Shown here: one piece after another, positions 57,118-64,000 of the stretch | Layout: each line of letters starts with the position of its first letter | How positions within the stretch are numbered: position 1 is the stretch's first letter | Virus record (IMG/VR): IMGVR_UViG_3300030103_005357 | Location: 1 to 64,000 of that record | DNA from: a virus | Length of the DNA: 64,000 nt | Reading direction: 5' to 3' (one strand) | Program-made: the position numbers and the translations under genes | The notes under the pieces: model-generated | The model's input: the letters and a program-made list of their open reading frames with translations, nothing else | What the model was told of the DNA's origin: nothing | Database searches by the model: none

Positions 57118-57138
57118 ACCTATGATTACACTTAATTC

Positions 57139-57166
57139 TTGACATTTTTGAGTATTTAATTAAAAT
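57139..57166 (+). promoter_or_regulatory. Sigma70-like promoter, probably leaderless transcript
   Basis: TTGACA-N16-TAAAAT, 6 nt before ATG 57173. Confidence 0.65.
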
Positions 57167-57172
57167 AAAAAT

Positions 57173-57397
57173 ATGAGCCTACAAGAGGAATTGGATTTAA
57201 TTAAGAAAGCTAAAGTATCCGTAGCGGAGATAGACCTAAAAAAACGAAAGGTTTTCGATGATTTAATTAAAAAAATTGAACCTTCTGGCAGATTAGAAAG
57301 CACAATGTGGGATTATGTGATGGCTGGAATAAACTGTTACGAATACGATCTAGAAACTCTGCTAAAAAATAGGCGAAAAAATCTTGACCCTGAGTAG
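57173..57397 (+). CDS. Hypothetical protein
   Basis: 74 aa ORF with its own promoter. Confidence 0.6.
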   Translation: MSLQEELDLIKKAKVSVAEIDLKKRKVFDDLIKKIEPSGRLESTMWDYVMAGINCYEYDLETLLKNRRKNLDPE

Positions 57398-57420
57398 CCA
57401 TCCATTATACTCACGGAGTT

Positions 57421-57918
57421 ATGAATATATTCTGTTTAGACAAAGATCCAGAAATTGCCGCTCGCCAGCATTGTGACAAACACTGTGTCAAGATGATTCT
57501 TGAATGCAATCAACTTCTCTGCACGACATTTTGGATGCAGGGTCTTGAAGCTCCATACAAGAAGACTCACTACAATCACCCATCTGCGATTTGGGCTAGA
57601 GAGTCTCGCGGAAACTTCGAATGGCTTGTTCAACACGCCGCCGCCTTACTTAACGAATATACTAAGAGATATGGCAAACGCCATAAAAGCACAGATACTT
57701 TTATTTGGATTCTGGAGAACAAGCACCGCTTACACTTTGATAAGCAAGAGCAAACAGAATTCGCTATAGCTATTTCTCAAGACCAAAGGTGCAGAAAACT
57801 TCCAAACTTTGACGAACTCCCTGTAGTCGAAAAGTATCGCGAGTATTATAATCACGACAAATCTTACATGGCTAAATGGCAATACAGCGAAACACCAAAG
57901 TGGTATACCGTAAAATAA
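57421..57918 (+). CDS. Pyrimidine-dimer DNA glycosylase (DenV/endonuclease V)-like protein
   Basis: MNIFCLD..A..HCDKHCVKMILE..QLLCT, HYNHPSAIW, YREYY. Confidence 0.75.
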   Translation: MNIFCLDKDPEIAARQHCDKHCVKMILECNQLLCTTFWMQGLEAPYKKTHYNHPSAIWARESRGNFEWLVQHAAALLNEYTKRYGKRHKSTDTFIWILENKHRLHFDKQEQTEFAIAISQDQRCRKLPNFDELPVVEKYREYYNHDKSYMAKWQYSETPKWYTVK

Positions 57919-58021
57919 AAAAAATAATATCTGGAGCCACATTTTTTTCTTTAGTTACTGGATACGCTATTGGAATTTGGGTTTCAATTTTGCTGATTTG
58001 TATAAAAGAATACTTTAATTT

Positions 58022-58792
58022 ATGAGATTATCTGATAATGCTAAAGTAGCTTTTCTAAATCTCAGTTTAGATTCCTTCAATCAGAAGCGGATTTGGAAAA
58101 AATTCTTTGATGATGGAGATGAAGAAACCTTCAACCTTTATATCCACTCTAAAAATAAAAAGTGTTCTGTATTCAAAGACTACTTCATTAAGAATACTGT
58201 CCCTACAAAGTGGGGGCAGTTCTCTCTGGTGGAGGCTACTGTAGAGCTAATGAAATCTGCGTTATCAGACGAACAGAATGAATACTTTACACTGATTAGT
58301 GATTCTCACTTACCTTTGTACAGCCTAAATGAGACTGTAGATTCTATAAAGCAAAGATATGACATCTTAACATTCACAAAACACTTTAGTTTTCATACCA
58401 AAGTGAAGAGTCAAAAGATTTTTAAAGAGGGGATCAAAGGCTACGATTTTGGTGAGTATAATGCTGTTTGCCAGTTTTTTGTCTGTCGAAGAAGAGATGT
58501 TGAAATATTTATTGAGACTTTTGAACATTGGTCTCAGTTCTTTGTGAAAGAAAAAGTTGTATTCGCTGATGAGTTTTATTTTTGGGGAGTAGCGAAGCAG
58601 TTGGAGATGGATTTTAAGATGGGTCAAGCAACAACTTATTCTGATTGGAGCTTTAGGAAATTACCTGATGGTAAATTGGAGCGAAACCCAAAAGCTTTCA
58701 TTACATTCAATAAGGCTATGCTTGAAAGCTACAGAAACCAAGGCTTCTTGTATGCTAGGAAAGTAATGCCAAGCACTTTAATAACATTTTGA
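58022..58792 (+). CDS. Core-2/I-branching (GT14-like) glycosyltransferase
   Basis: KVAFL..W..FF..LYIH, TKWGQFSLVEA..LM..AL, LISDSHLPL, ADEFYF, YARK. Confidence 0.8.
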   Translation: MRLSDNAKVAFLNLSLDSFNQKRIWKKFFDDGDEETFNLYIHSKNKKCSVFKDYFIKNTVPTKWGQFSLVEATVELMKSALSDEQNEYFTLISDSHLPLYSLNETVDSIKQRYDILTFTKHFSFHTKVKSQKIFKEGIKGYDFGEYNAVCQFFVCRRRDVEIFIETFEHWSQFFVKEKVVFADEFYFWGVAKQLEMDFKMGQATTYSDWSFRKLPDGKLERNPKAFITFNKAMLESYRNQGFLYARKVMPSTLITF

Positions 58793-58801
58793 TTTAAAAA
58801 C

Positions 58802-59419
58802 ATGAAAAATACAGTAGAATTACTTGGGTATTATGGATCTGATGAGGTCATCGCTTGTAGCGCATGGACTTCAACAAGTAGAGAGTTAGATGAAAAGAAA
58901 AGAGAGAGAATTCCGAAGCTCATCGACATGCTTTGGAGTAACGGACATGAGACACCCTTTGAGAAGGGCAGCGTACACTTTCTTGTTGATTGTGATATTG
59001 CCAGTCATATACATTTGCTTAAACATAGGATTTCTTCGCTCAATGCTGAATCGGCTCGCTACAAAGAGCTTAAAGAAAATAAAATGTTTATTCCTGAAGA
59101 TTGGCCAGCATTTTGGCAGAGGGTCTTAGAAGAGTATACCGAAGACGGAAATAGGCTTTACCATAAATGTATTGCTGATCTTGAGCCAGAGTTAGGTCGC
59201 AAACGAGCAAAAGAATCCGCACGGTTCTTTAAGACTTACAATAGTCGCATTCAAGCAGACGTTCAATTCAACATGAGAAGCTTTGCTAACTTCCTAAAAC
59301 TTAGGAATAGCGAACACGCTCAAAAAGAAATAAGAGAAATTGCTCAAAAAATGCTTGACTTGGTTGAGAATATCGAAGAAAATCCGTTCAGACATACCTT
59401 AAATAGTTGGGGTTATTAA
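58802..59419 (+). CDS. thyX: Flavin-dependent thymidylate synthase
   Basis: GHETPFE, LKHRISSLNAESARY, LRNSEHAQKEIR. Confidence 0.92.
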   Translation: MKNTVELLGYYGSDEVIACSAWTSTSRELDEKKRERIPKLIDMLWSNGHETPFEKGSVHFLVDCDIASHIHLLKHRISSLNAESARYKELKENKMFIPEDWPAFWQRVLEEYTEDGNRLYHKCIADLEPELGRKRAKESARFFKTYNSRIQADVQFNMRSFANFLKLRNSEHAQKEIREIAQKMLDLVENIEENPFRHTLNSWGY

Positions 59420-59422
59420 ATT

Positions 59423-59656
59423 ATGCAAATTAAAAAAATTGAACTTCGCTCTCTTCAGCAAGTTCGCACTTACGAGTTGGAGGACGGAGATATCATTGAT
59501 AACTTTGGTTCTATAGAAAGATTCCAGAAGATCCTTGATGATTCCGAACAACCTACAGAGGAGGAAAATGAAATGTTATCTAACATTCTGAGCGATTGTC
59601 CAATAGAGGAAGACAATATTATGGGTGATATTGAAGAGTCGTTTTTTGAATATTAA
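59423..59656 (+). CDS. Acidic hypothetical protein
   Basis: 77 aa, D/E-rich. Confidence 0.55.
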   Translation: MQIKKIELRSLQQVRTYELEDGDIIDNFGSIERFQKILDDSEQPTEEENEMLSNILSDCPIEEDNIMGDIEESFFEY

Positions 59657-59665
59657 AGATTAAAA

Positions 59666-59743
59666 ATGGATACTGAAGCGCTCGCTTTATTAATCGCACT
59701 TATTGCAATGTTAGTATTGCTCATTCAATGTTTTGATGGCTAA
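59666..59743 (+). CDS. Possible 25 aa membrane peptide
   Basis: MDTEALALLIALIAMLVLLIQCFDG fills the intergenic gap. Confidence 0.4.
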   Translation: MDTEALALLIALIAMLVLLIQCFDG

Positions 59744-60458
59744 AAATTCGTATATGAATGATCTTATCAATCTTTTCCGTCAGGAAACTCAGCGGCCCAT
59801 TCTATTTTATAGAATACCAAAAAATGCCAGCACAAGCATTTATAATCATATTGGTCATTTTAATATCGTTAAGCAGTATTACAAAAAGGTATTTGATAAC
59901 GCTGATCAAGAAGTTTATTACAATTGGTTCTGCCCTTCTCACAGTACGCCTGAAGAGTTGTGTGAAACAATTGAGGAGAAAATGGGAAATTGCATAAGAT
60001 TTTGTGTCATTAGAAACCCTTGGGATAGAATGGTTTCCTCTTTTAACCAAAATAGAAAGATTCAAAGTTGGAAATTAACTGGTCACAAACCTAATATGAG
60101 CTTCAAAGAGTTCTGTTCGTTGATCCATGAAAACAAAAATAATAAGAAGTTTCTAGGTTCTAGACCCCAGATCGAATGGGCTTGTGGTAAATACCCTCCT
60201 CATGAAATATTAAGGTTTGAAAACCTAAAATCTGATTTCGCTGCAATGGTTGAGAAATACAAATTAAAAGGATTCTCTAAAGAGTTGCCTCATCAGAATA
60301 AAACCGATCACCCTCATTTTTCTGAATGTTACGACTCAGAATCAAAAGAAATGATTGAGGATGTATTTTTGCAAGATATTAAAAAGTTTAATTATTCTTT
60401 CCCAGAAGATTCTGATTTTTCAAATCCCAAGGGATCAGAAGGTTTTTTAAGAATATAA
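59733..60458 (+). CDS. Carbohydrate sulfotransferase (Sulfotransfer_2 family)
   Basis: PAPS-binding motifs RIPKNASTS and RNPWDRMVSSF; RFENL, DIKKFNY. Exact start uncertain. Confidence 0.85.
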   Translation: MMAKNSYMNDLINLFRQETQRPILFYRIPKNASTSIYNHIGHFNIVKQYYKKVFDNADQEVYYNWFCPSHSTPEELCETIEEKMGNCIRFCVIRNPWDRMVSSFNQNRKIQSWKLTGHKPNMSFKEFCSLIHENKNNKKFLGSRPQIEWACGKYPPHEILRFENLKSDFAAMVEKYKLKGFSKELPHQNKTDHPHFSECYDSESKEMIEDVFLQDIKKFNYSFPEDSDFSNPKGSEGFLRI

Positions 60459-60468
60459 CATAAGATTA

Positions 60469-60651
60469 ATGAAGATAAAGAAAAAGAAATTAATTAAATA
60501 CCTCAAAGAATGGGCCAAGGCCAGCGCGAGAGACGCTGAAGTTTACAGCGAGGACGGCGATTACGCACGGGCTTACGAGGCCATTATTATTGCGGATTTC
60601 ATGAAGGACGATCTCATTAAGGGTATTGATTATGATTTCAATAATGAGTAA
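60469..60651 (+). CDS. Hypothetical protein
   Basis: 60 aa ORF in gene run. Confidence 0.55.
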   Translation: MKIKKKKLIKYLKEWAKASARDAEVYSEDGDYARAYEAIIIADFMKDDLIKGIDYDFNNE

Positions 60652-60654
60652 TAC

Positions 60655-60903
60655 ATGATGAATAAAAAATTAATAAAAATGGATGGCTACGATGACTGTA
60701 TTGTCGGGGTAGTAGAGAGGGCTGGTCAAGAACCGATTCTCTGTTACGACAAAGAAGAAGTGCTTCACAAGCTAGAATCCCAAGGCATGAATAGAGACGA
60801 GGCAGAAGAGTTTTTTTATTTTAATCAAATAGGAACGTGGATGGGTGACTCTACACCATGTTTTTTATCAAAAGAGCTTGACAAAGACGAGCTTCTATCT
60901 TAG
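60655..60903 (+). CDS. Conserved-looking phage hypothetical protein
   Basis: DGYDDCIVG..EAEEFFYFNQIG.WMG..TP. Confidence 0.65.
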   Translation: MMNKKLIKMDGYDDCIVGVVERAGQEPILCYDKEEVLHKLESQGMNRDEAEEFFYFNQIGTWMGDSTPCFLSKELDKDELLS

Positions 60904-60928
60904 AGTACTGAAATCAAAGAAAGAAAAA

Positions 60929-61348
60929 ATGAAAACACAATTATTCTTAGCTGTATCACTAACGCTTTGTGCGCTTGCCACTTGGACTTCCTTTAAGACT
61001 CCTGAAGTTAAAACGGTAATTCAAGAGGAGATTATTTATCCAGAAAAAGTTGAGGCTTGCGTGTCTCTCACCAAGTTTCAACTGGAGAAAATGCTTAGTC
61101 ATTTTAATGAAGACGATCACCCTTCCGAAATGAAGCGTTTTAAAAGTTTGGTTAAGAAAGATGTGAATGGTTGGAGAATCTCTTCAACTCATTTAGCTAA
61201 AGGCGCAGATGATTATCCACTTCCAGACGGTGATTTCCTAGTTGTTGATGCCTCGTTTATTGATTATCATGGGAATTTCAAAGATTGTATCACCTACGCT
61301 CACAGCTATCAAGATAATCACGAATATATTGTGGTATCAGTCAAGTAA
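60929..61348 (+). CDS. Exported or membrane-anchored hypothetical protein
   Basis: Start moved to MKTQLFLAVSLTLCALA; TTGACA-N17-TAGAGT upstream. Confidence 0.55.
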   Translation: MKTQLFLAVSLTLCALATWTSFKTPEVKTVIQEEIIYPEKVEACVSLTKFQLEKMLSHFNEDDHPSEMKRFKSLVKKDVNGWRISSTHLAKGADDYPLPDGDFLVVDASFIDYHGNFKDCITYAHSYQDNHEYIVVSVK

Positions 61349-61353
61349 ATTTA

Positions 61354-61436
61354 GGCTCTGTGGCGGAATTGGTAGACGCTGCGGATTTAAAATCCGTTGA
61401 TCCTAGATCGTGAGGGTTCGATCCCCTCCAGAGCTA
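61354..61436 (+). tRNA. tRNA-Leu(TAA), CCA not encoded
   Basis: Cloverleaf with GCGGA-TTTAAAA-TCCGT anticodon arm, long variable arm, TTCGATC T-loop. Confidence 0.92.
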
Positions 61437-61451
61437 TTATCACTTTATTGT

Positions 61452-61673
61452 ATGGAGAATCTTAAAAGAGAGTCTGGTAAGTGGGTCGTAACCTTTGGCA
61501 AATATAAAAATTGTTGTTTAAAAAAAGTTCCCACCCATTACCTTGAATGGGTTCTTAAAAATTTTAAAGATTTATCTATTAAGGAATTGAATGTTATTAG
61601 AGGGACCGTTTCAGGTAGGAAAGGACAAATTAAAAAGCACAAAAAAAATAAGACCCGTTCGTCTAATGGTTAG
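61452..61673 (+). CDS. Small FGKY-motif protein (DUF3820-like)
   Basis: VTFGKYKN..L..VPTHYLEWV; start moved to ATG 61452. Confidence 0.6.
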   Translation: MENLKRESGKWVVTFGKYKNCCLKKVPTHYLEWVLKNFKDLSIKELNVIRGTVSGRKGQIKKHKKNKTRSSNG

Positions 61674-61726
61674 GACTCCAGATTTTCATTCTGGCAATAG
61701 GGGTTCGATCCCCCTACGGGTTGCCA
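61652..61726 (+). tRNA. tRNA-Glu(TTC)
   Basis: GACCCGT/ACGGGTT acceptor, CCAGA-TTTTCAT-TCTGG anticodon arm, encoded CCA. Confidence 0.93.
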
Positions 61727-61748
61727 ACTTTAAAAAAACTAATAAAAA

Positions 61749-62111
61749 ATGAGACTAAGTAAAGCATTATTTACACTTGTAGCCTTAGTAATTTTAATAA
61801 CACCAGCAATAGGGGAGACAAAATATACTTCAATAATGACTGGAGTATCAGTTGGCAAAGGTAGAGTTCATATCTGGGAGGTATTGACAAAAACATTTAA
61901 GGCATCTCAAATCCGTATCAAAAAAGGAGAAGAGCGTAAGCCTGTTAGATGGGCTACAATTCCGAGCTATGTGACCGTAACGTTTACATCTAAAGATAAG
62001 ACGATTACAAGAACGAAAGTAGATAAAGCACTCAACATACTGAATTTTTCAGGTACTCCATACCTTGTATGGACGGTAAAGAAAGAAGAGCAAAAAATTA
62101 ATAAAAAATAA
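61749..62111 (+). CDS. Exported basic protein
   Basis: Signal peptide MRLSKALFTLVALVILITPAIG. Confidence 0.55.
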   Translation: MRLSKALFTLVALVILITPAIGETKYTSIMTGVSVGKGRVHIWEVLTKTFKASQIRIKKGEERKPVRWATIPSYVTVTFTSKDKTITRTKVDKALNILNFSGTPYLVWTVKKEEQKINKK

Positions 62112-62112
62112 T

Positions 62113-62316
62113 ATGAATGCACATTTAAAAGCAATTAAGAAAAAGCACGAAGCTCTTGGAGATATCGCCAGAGCAGATCTAGAAACCTATTTGAATAATC
62201 AAGTAGCTATCGGAGAACATCCTGATCTGGGCGTAGAAATCGAAAAGAAAGTAGAAACTATCGCTCATCATAATGAAGTAGTTGAAACAATTAATGATCT
62301 TATTTCAGGTCATTAA
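62113..62316 (+). CDS. Conserved-looking small phage protein
   Basis: YLNNQVAIGEHPD motif. Confidence 0.65.
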   Translation: MNAHLKAIKKKHEALGDIARADLETYLNNQVAIGEHPDLGVEIEKKVETIAHHNEVVETINDLISGH

Positions 62317-62325
62317 TATATTTAA

Positions 62326-62401
62326 GCGCTTGTAGCTCAGTGGTTAGAGCAGGGGTCTCATAAACCCTTGGCCGTGAGTTCAAATCTCACCGAGCGCACC
62401 A
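62326..62401 (+). tRNA. tRNA with CAT anticodon (Ile2 or elongator Met)
   Basis: 76 nt cloverleaf with CCA; paired G1-C72 argues against an initiator. Confidence 0.9.
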
Positions 62402-62442
62402 TTTTTAATTAGATAAATTTATATACGAAGGTATAATCAATT

Positions 62443-63552
62443 ATGAAACCTGTTTCTCTTCACTGCTCTAAACAAATTGATGACCTTCTAGATGAATCTA
62501 TGACTATGGAGGCTAACGGCAAGGTGTTCGCCTCTCAAGATCATGCAGGCCCCGCTTACGTTAGGAACCCTGACTTATGGTGTAGAGATCTAGATATTAC
62601 ATGTGTGTCTCCTTGGAATAGTAGTGGTGATCATAAGAAAGCGGGAACACTAGTGACCCCAAGGCATATCATAGGTGCAGCACACTACGAGTATTCTGTG
62701 GGGACAGTGGTTAGGTTTGTAGAGAAAAACGGTTCAGTGCATGAACGAACTGTAACAGGAAAAGCTCGCCATCCCGAATGTAGACGTTACTTTCCAGACT
62801 TAACAATATATACTTTAGACAGCGACCTCCCCTCTACGATAAAACCTTGTTCTGTAATGCCTAGTAATTACAGTGAATATTTAGATAACTTTAGCAGGAT
62901 ACCTAGCCTTGGTCTTGATCAAGAAGAGAAAGCTCTCATAATAGATTGGCGAGCTGGAGGTAGGATGCAGACACCCGCAGATCCGAAAAGGCTTATTTTT
63001 CATGAGAATAAAATCAGTGGTGATAGCGGGAATCCTGCATTTTTAATATTCAAAGGTGAGCCTGTTCTTATAACTGTTTGGACATTTGGTGGTGCAGGGG
63101 CTGGGACTGCTGTAGCAGATCATATTTCAGATATTAATGGTATGATTGCTACCGCTGACACACGGGCAGGTGTATCGACAAACTATACAGTTACTGAAGC
63201 GGATTTTTCAACATACGATAACAAAGTCTTCGATGCTAAAAAACTTTTTTCTCAATTCGTTGCTGCACTTCGTAAGTTAAGACCTCGGTGGTTTAAGAAA
63301 AGTCCCGAAACCAGCGCCGAAACCAGTGCCGAAACCAGCGCCGAAACCAGTGCCGAAACGAGTGCTGAATATAGTAGCTCTGAGCCACCTTGGGATACGA
63401 GTGCTGAATGCACTTCTAGTGCGGAATGCACTAGCGCGGAATGCACTCATCCCGAATGCACTAGCGCAGACCAAGCATCTCATTCTTTCCATGTGCAAAA
63501 CTGGAATGAGACGAGTGCAGAATACACTAGCGCCGAGACCAGTGCCGAATAA
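62443..63552 (+). CDS. Trypsin-like serine protease with C-terminal TSAE repeats
   Basis: GTLVTPRHIIGAAH, PDL, GDSGNP catalytic triad motifs. Confidence 0.8.
   Translation: MKPVSLHCSKQIDDLLDESMTMEANGKVFASQDHAGPAYVRNPDLWCRDLDITCVSPWNSSGDHKKAGTLVTPRHIIGAAHYEYSVGTVVRFVEKNGSVHERTVTGKARHPECRRYFPDLTIYTLDSDLPSTIKPCSVMPSNYSEYLDNFSRIPSLGLDQEEKALIIDWRAGGRMQTPADPKRLIFHENKISGDSGNPAFLIFKGEPVLITVWTFGGAGAGTAVADHISDINGMIATADTRAGVSTNYTVTEADFSTYDNKVFDAKKLFSQFVAALRKLRPRWFKKSPETSAETSAETSAETSAETSAEYSSSEPPWDTSAECTSSAECTSAECTHPECTSADQASHSFHVQNWNETSAEYTSAETSAE
63307..63549 (+). repeat. Coding minisatellite (12 bp GAAACCAGYGCC x5, then degenerate units)
   Basis: Encodes 10 TSAE copies and 4 ECT units. Confidence 0.9.
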
Positions 63553-63609
63553 AGGTAATATAAAATTATTTTAAATAATAAAAATAGTAGTAATTAATCT
63601 TTTAACTAC

Positions 63610-64000
63610 ATGGAAAGTAAAATCAACACTAATACAATTAATACATTTGCAATAATTCTATCTTGTGAAAAATATAAAGACAAAAAACTCTCCCAAGATA
63701 CCACTAGGCTTGGGGATCATATGTACTTCATAGGGAATCCTCAATTATCTTCCCCTATGATTGAAGGTGATGTTGTCTATTTACCTTGCCCAGACAATTA
63801 TGAGAGCTTACCTATTAAAACTTTAATGGCTGTTAAGTGGGCTTTTGAAAATAAAGATTTTGACTTATTGATAAAAACAGATGATGATGTTTACTTCTTA
63901 GATGGTTTTGATGAAATCGTTAATGAGGCATCTGTCCATGATTATTCTGGTTTTCTGAGAAGTGGTGGTTATATGTCTAATTGGCACTTTGGTAAATGCG
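63610..64000 (+). CDS. GT31-like galactosyltransferase (3' truncated)
   Basis: Translated by hand: DNYESLPIKTLMAVKWAFENKDFDLLIKTDDDVY; open to the window end. Confidence 0.8.
   Translation, partial: MESKINTNTINTFAIILSCEKYKDKKLSQDTTRLGDHMYFIGNPQLSSPMIEGDVVYLPCPDNYESLPIKTLMAVKWAFENKDFDLLIKTDDDVYFLDGFDEIVNEASVHDYSGFLRSGGYMSNWHFGKC

Noticed and set aside
63307-63549. CRISPR array
   Set aside because: Units are 12-15 bp, in frame, with no spacers; it is a coding minisatellite.
105-63574. Short antisense or alternate-frame ORFs in the track (e.g. 105..419, 1482..1667, 46232..46588, 63326..63574)
   Set aside because: They are shadows of well-supported genes and show no motifs or expression signals.
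1-64000. Stop codon reassignment
   Set aside because: Conserved genes are full length in the standard code; TAA, TGA and TAG all end genes at expected positions.

Overview
64 kb fragment of a large, AT-rich tailed dsDNA bacteriophage genome with a lambda/T5-like non-contractile tail, read in the standard genetic code. All calls come from motif recognition by eye; no database search was run. Gene order: end of the tape measure gene and three internally duplicated tail-tube/distal-tail-like genes; a leftward sigma factor-SSB-glycosyltransferase-Hsp20 unit; class Ia RNR; an 11-gene sugar-nucleotide/glycosyltransferase cluster; a bacterial-type replisome (RecA-like, DnaB, primase, Cas4/AddB-like nuclease, and a DnaE split into PHP, exonuclease and core genes); a ClpA/C ATPase; a Whirly-like protein; more glycosyltransferases; a membrane cluster with a PEP-CTERM protein and a possible spanin pair; lambda-like L-K-I-J tail tip genes and a fibre; then accessory genes (MazG-like, DenV-like, GT14, ThyX, sulfotransferase, three tRNAs, a serine protease with TSAE repeats, GT31). 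Best leads: (1) a GTGTAA element 8-11 nt before the first ATG of about ten transcription units, probably read by the phage sigma factor; (2) a large glycan build-and-decorate toolkit together with a phage-encoded PEP-CTERM surface protein; (3) a plant Whirly-like ssDNA-binding protein; (4) a three-gene family C polymerase. The PEP-CTERM tail and scarce Shine-Dalgarno sites suggest an exosortase-bearing Gram-negative host such as Verrucomicrobiota or Planctomycetota (inference). No capsid, portal, terminase, endolysin, integrase or CRISPR array was recognised.
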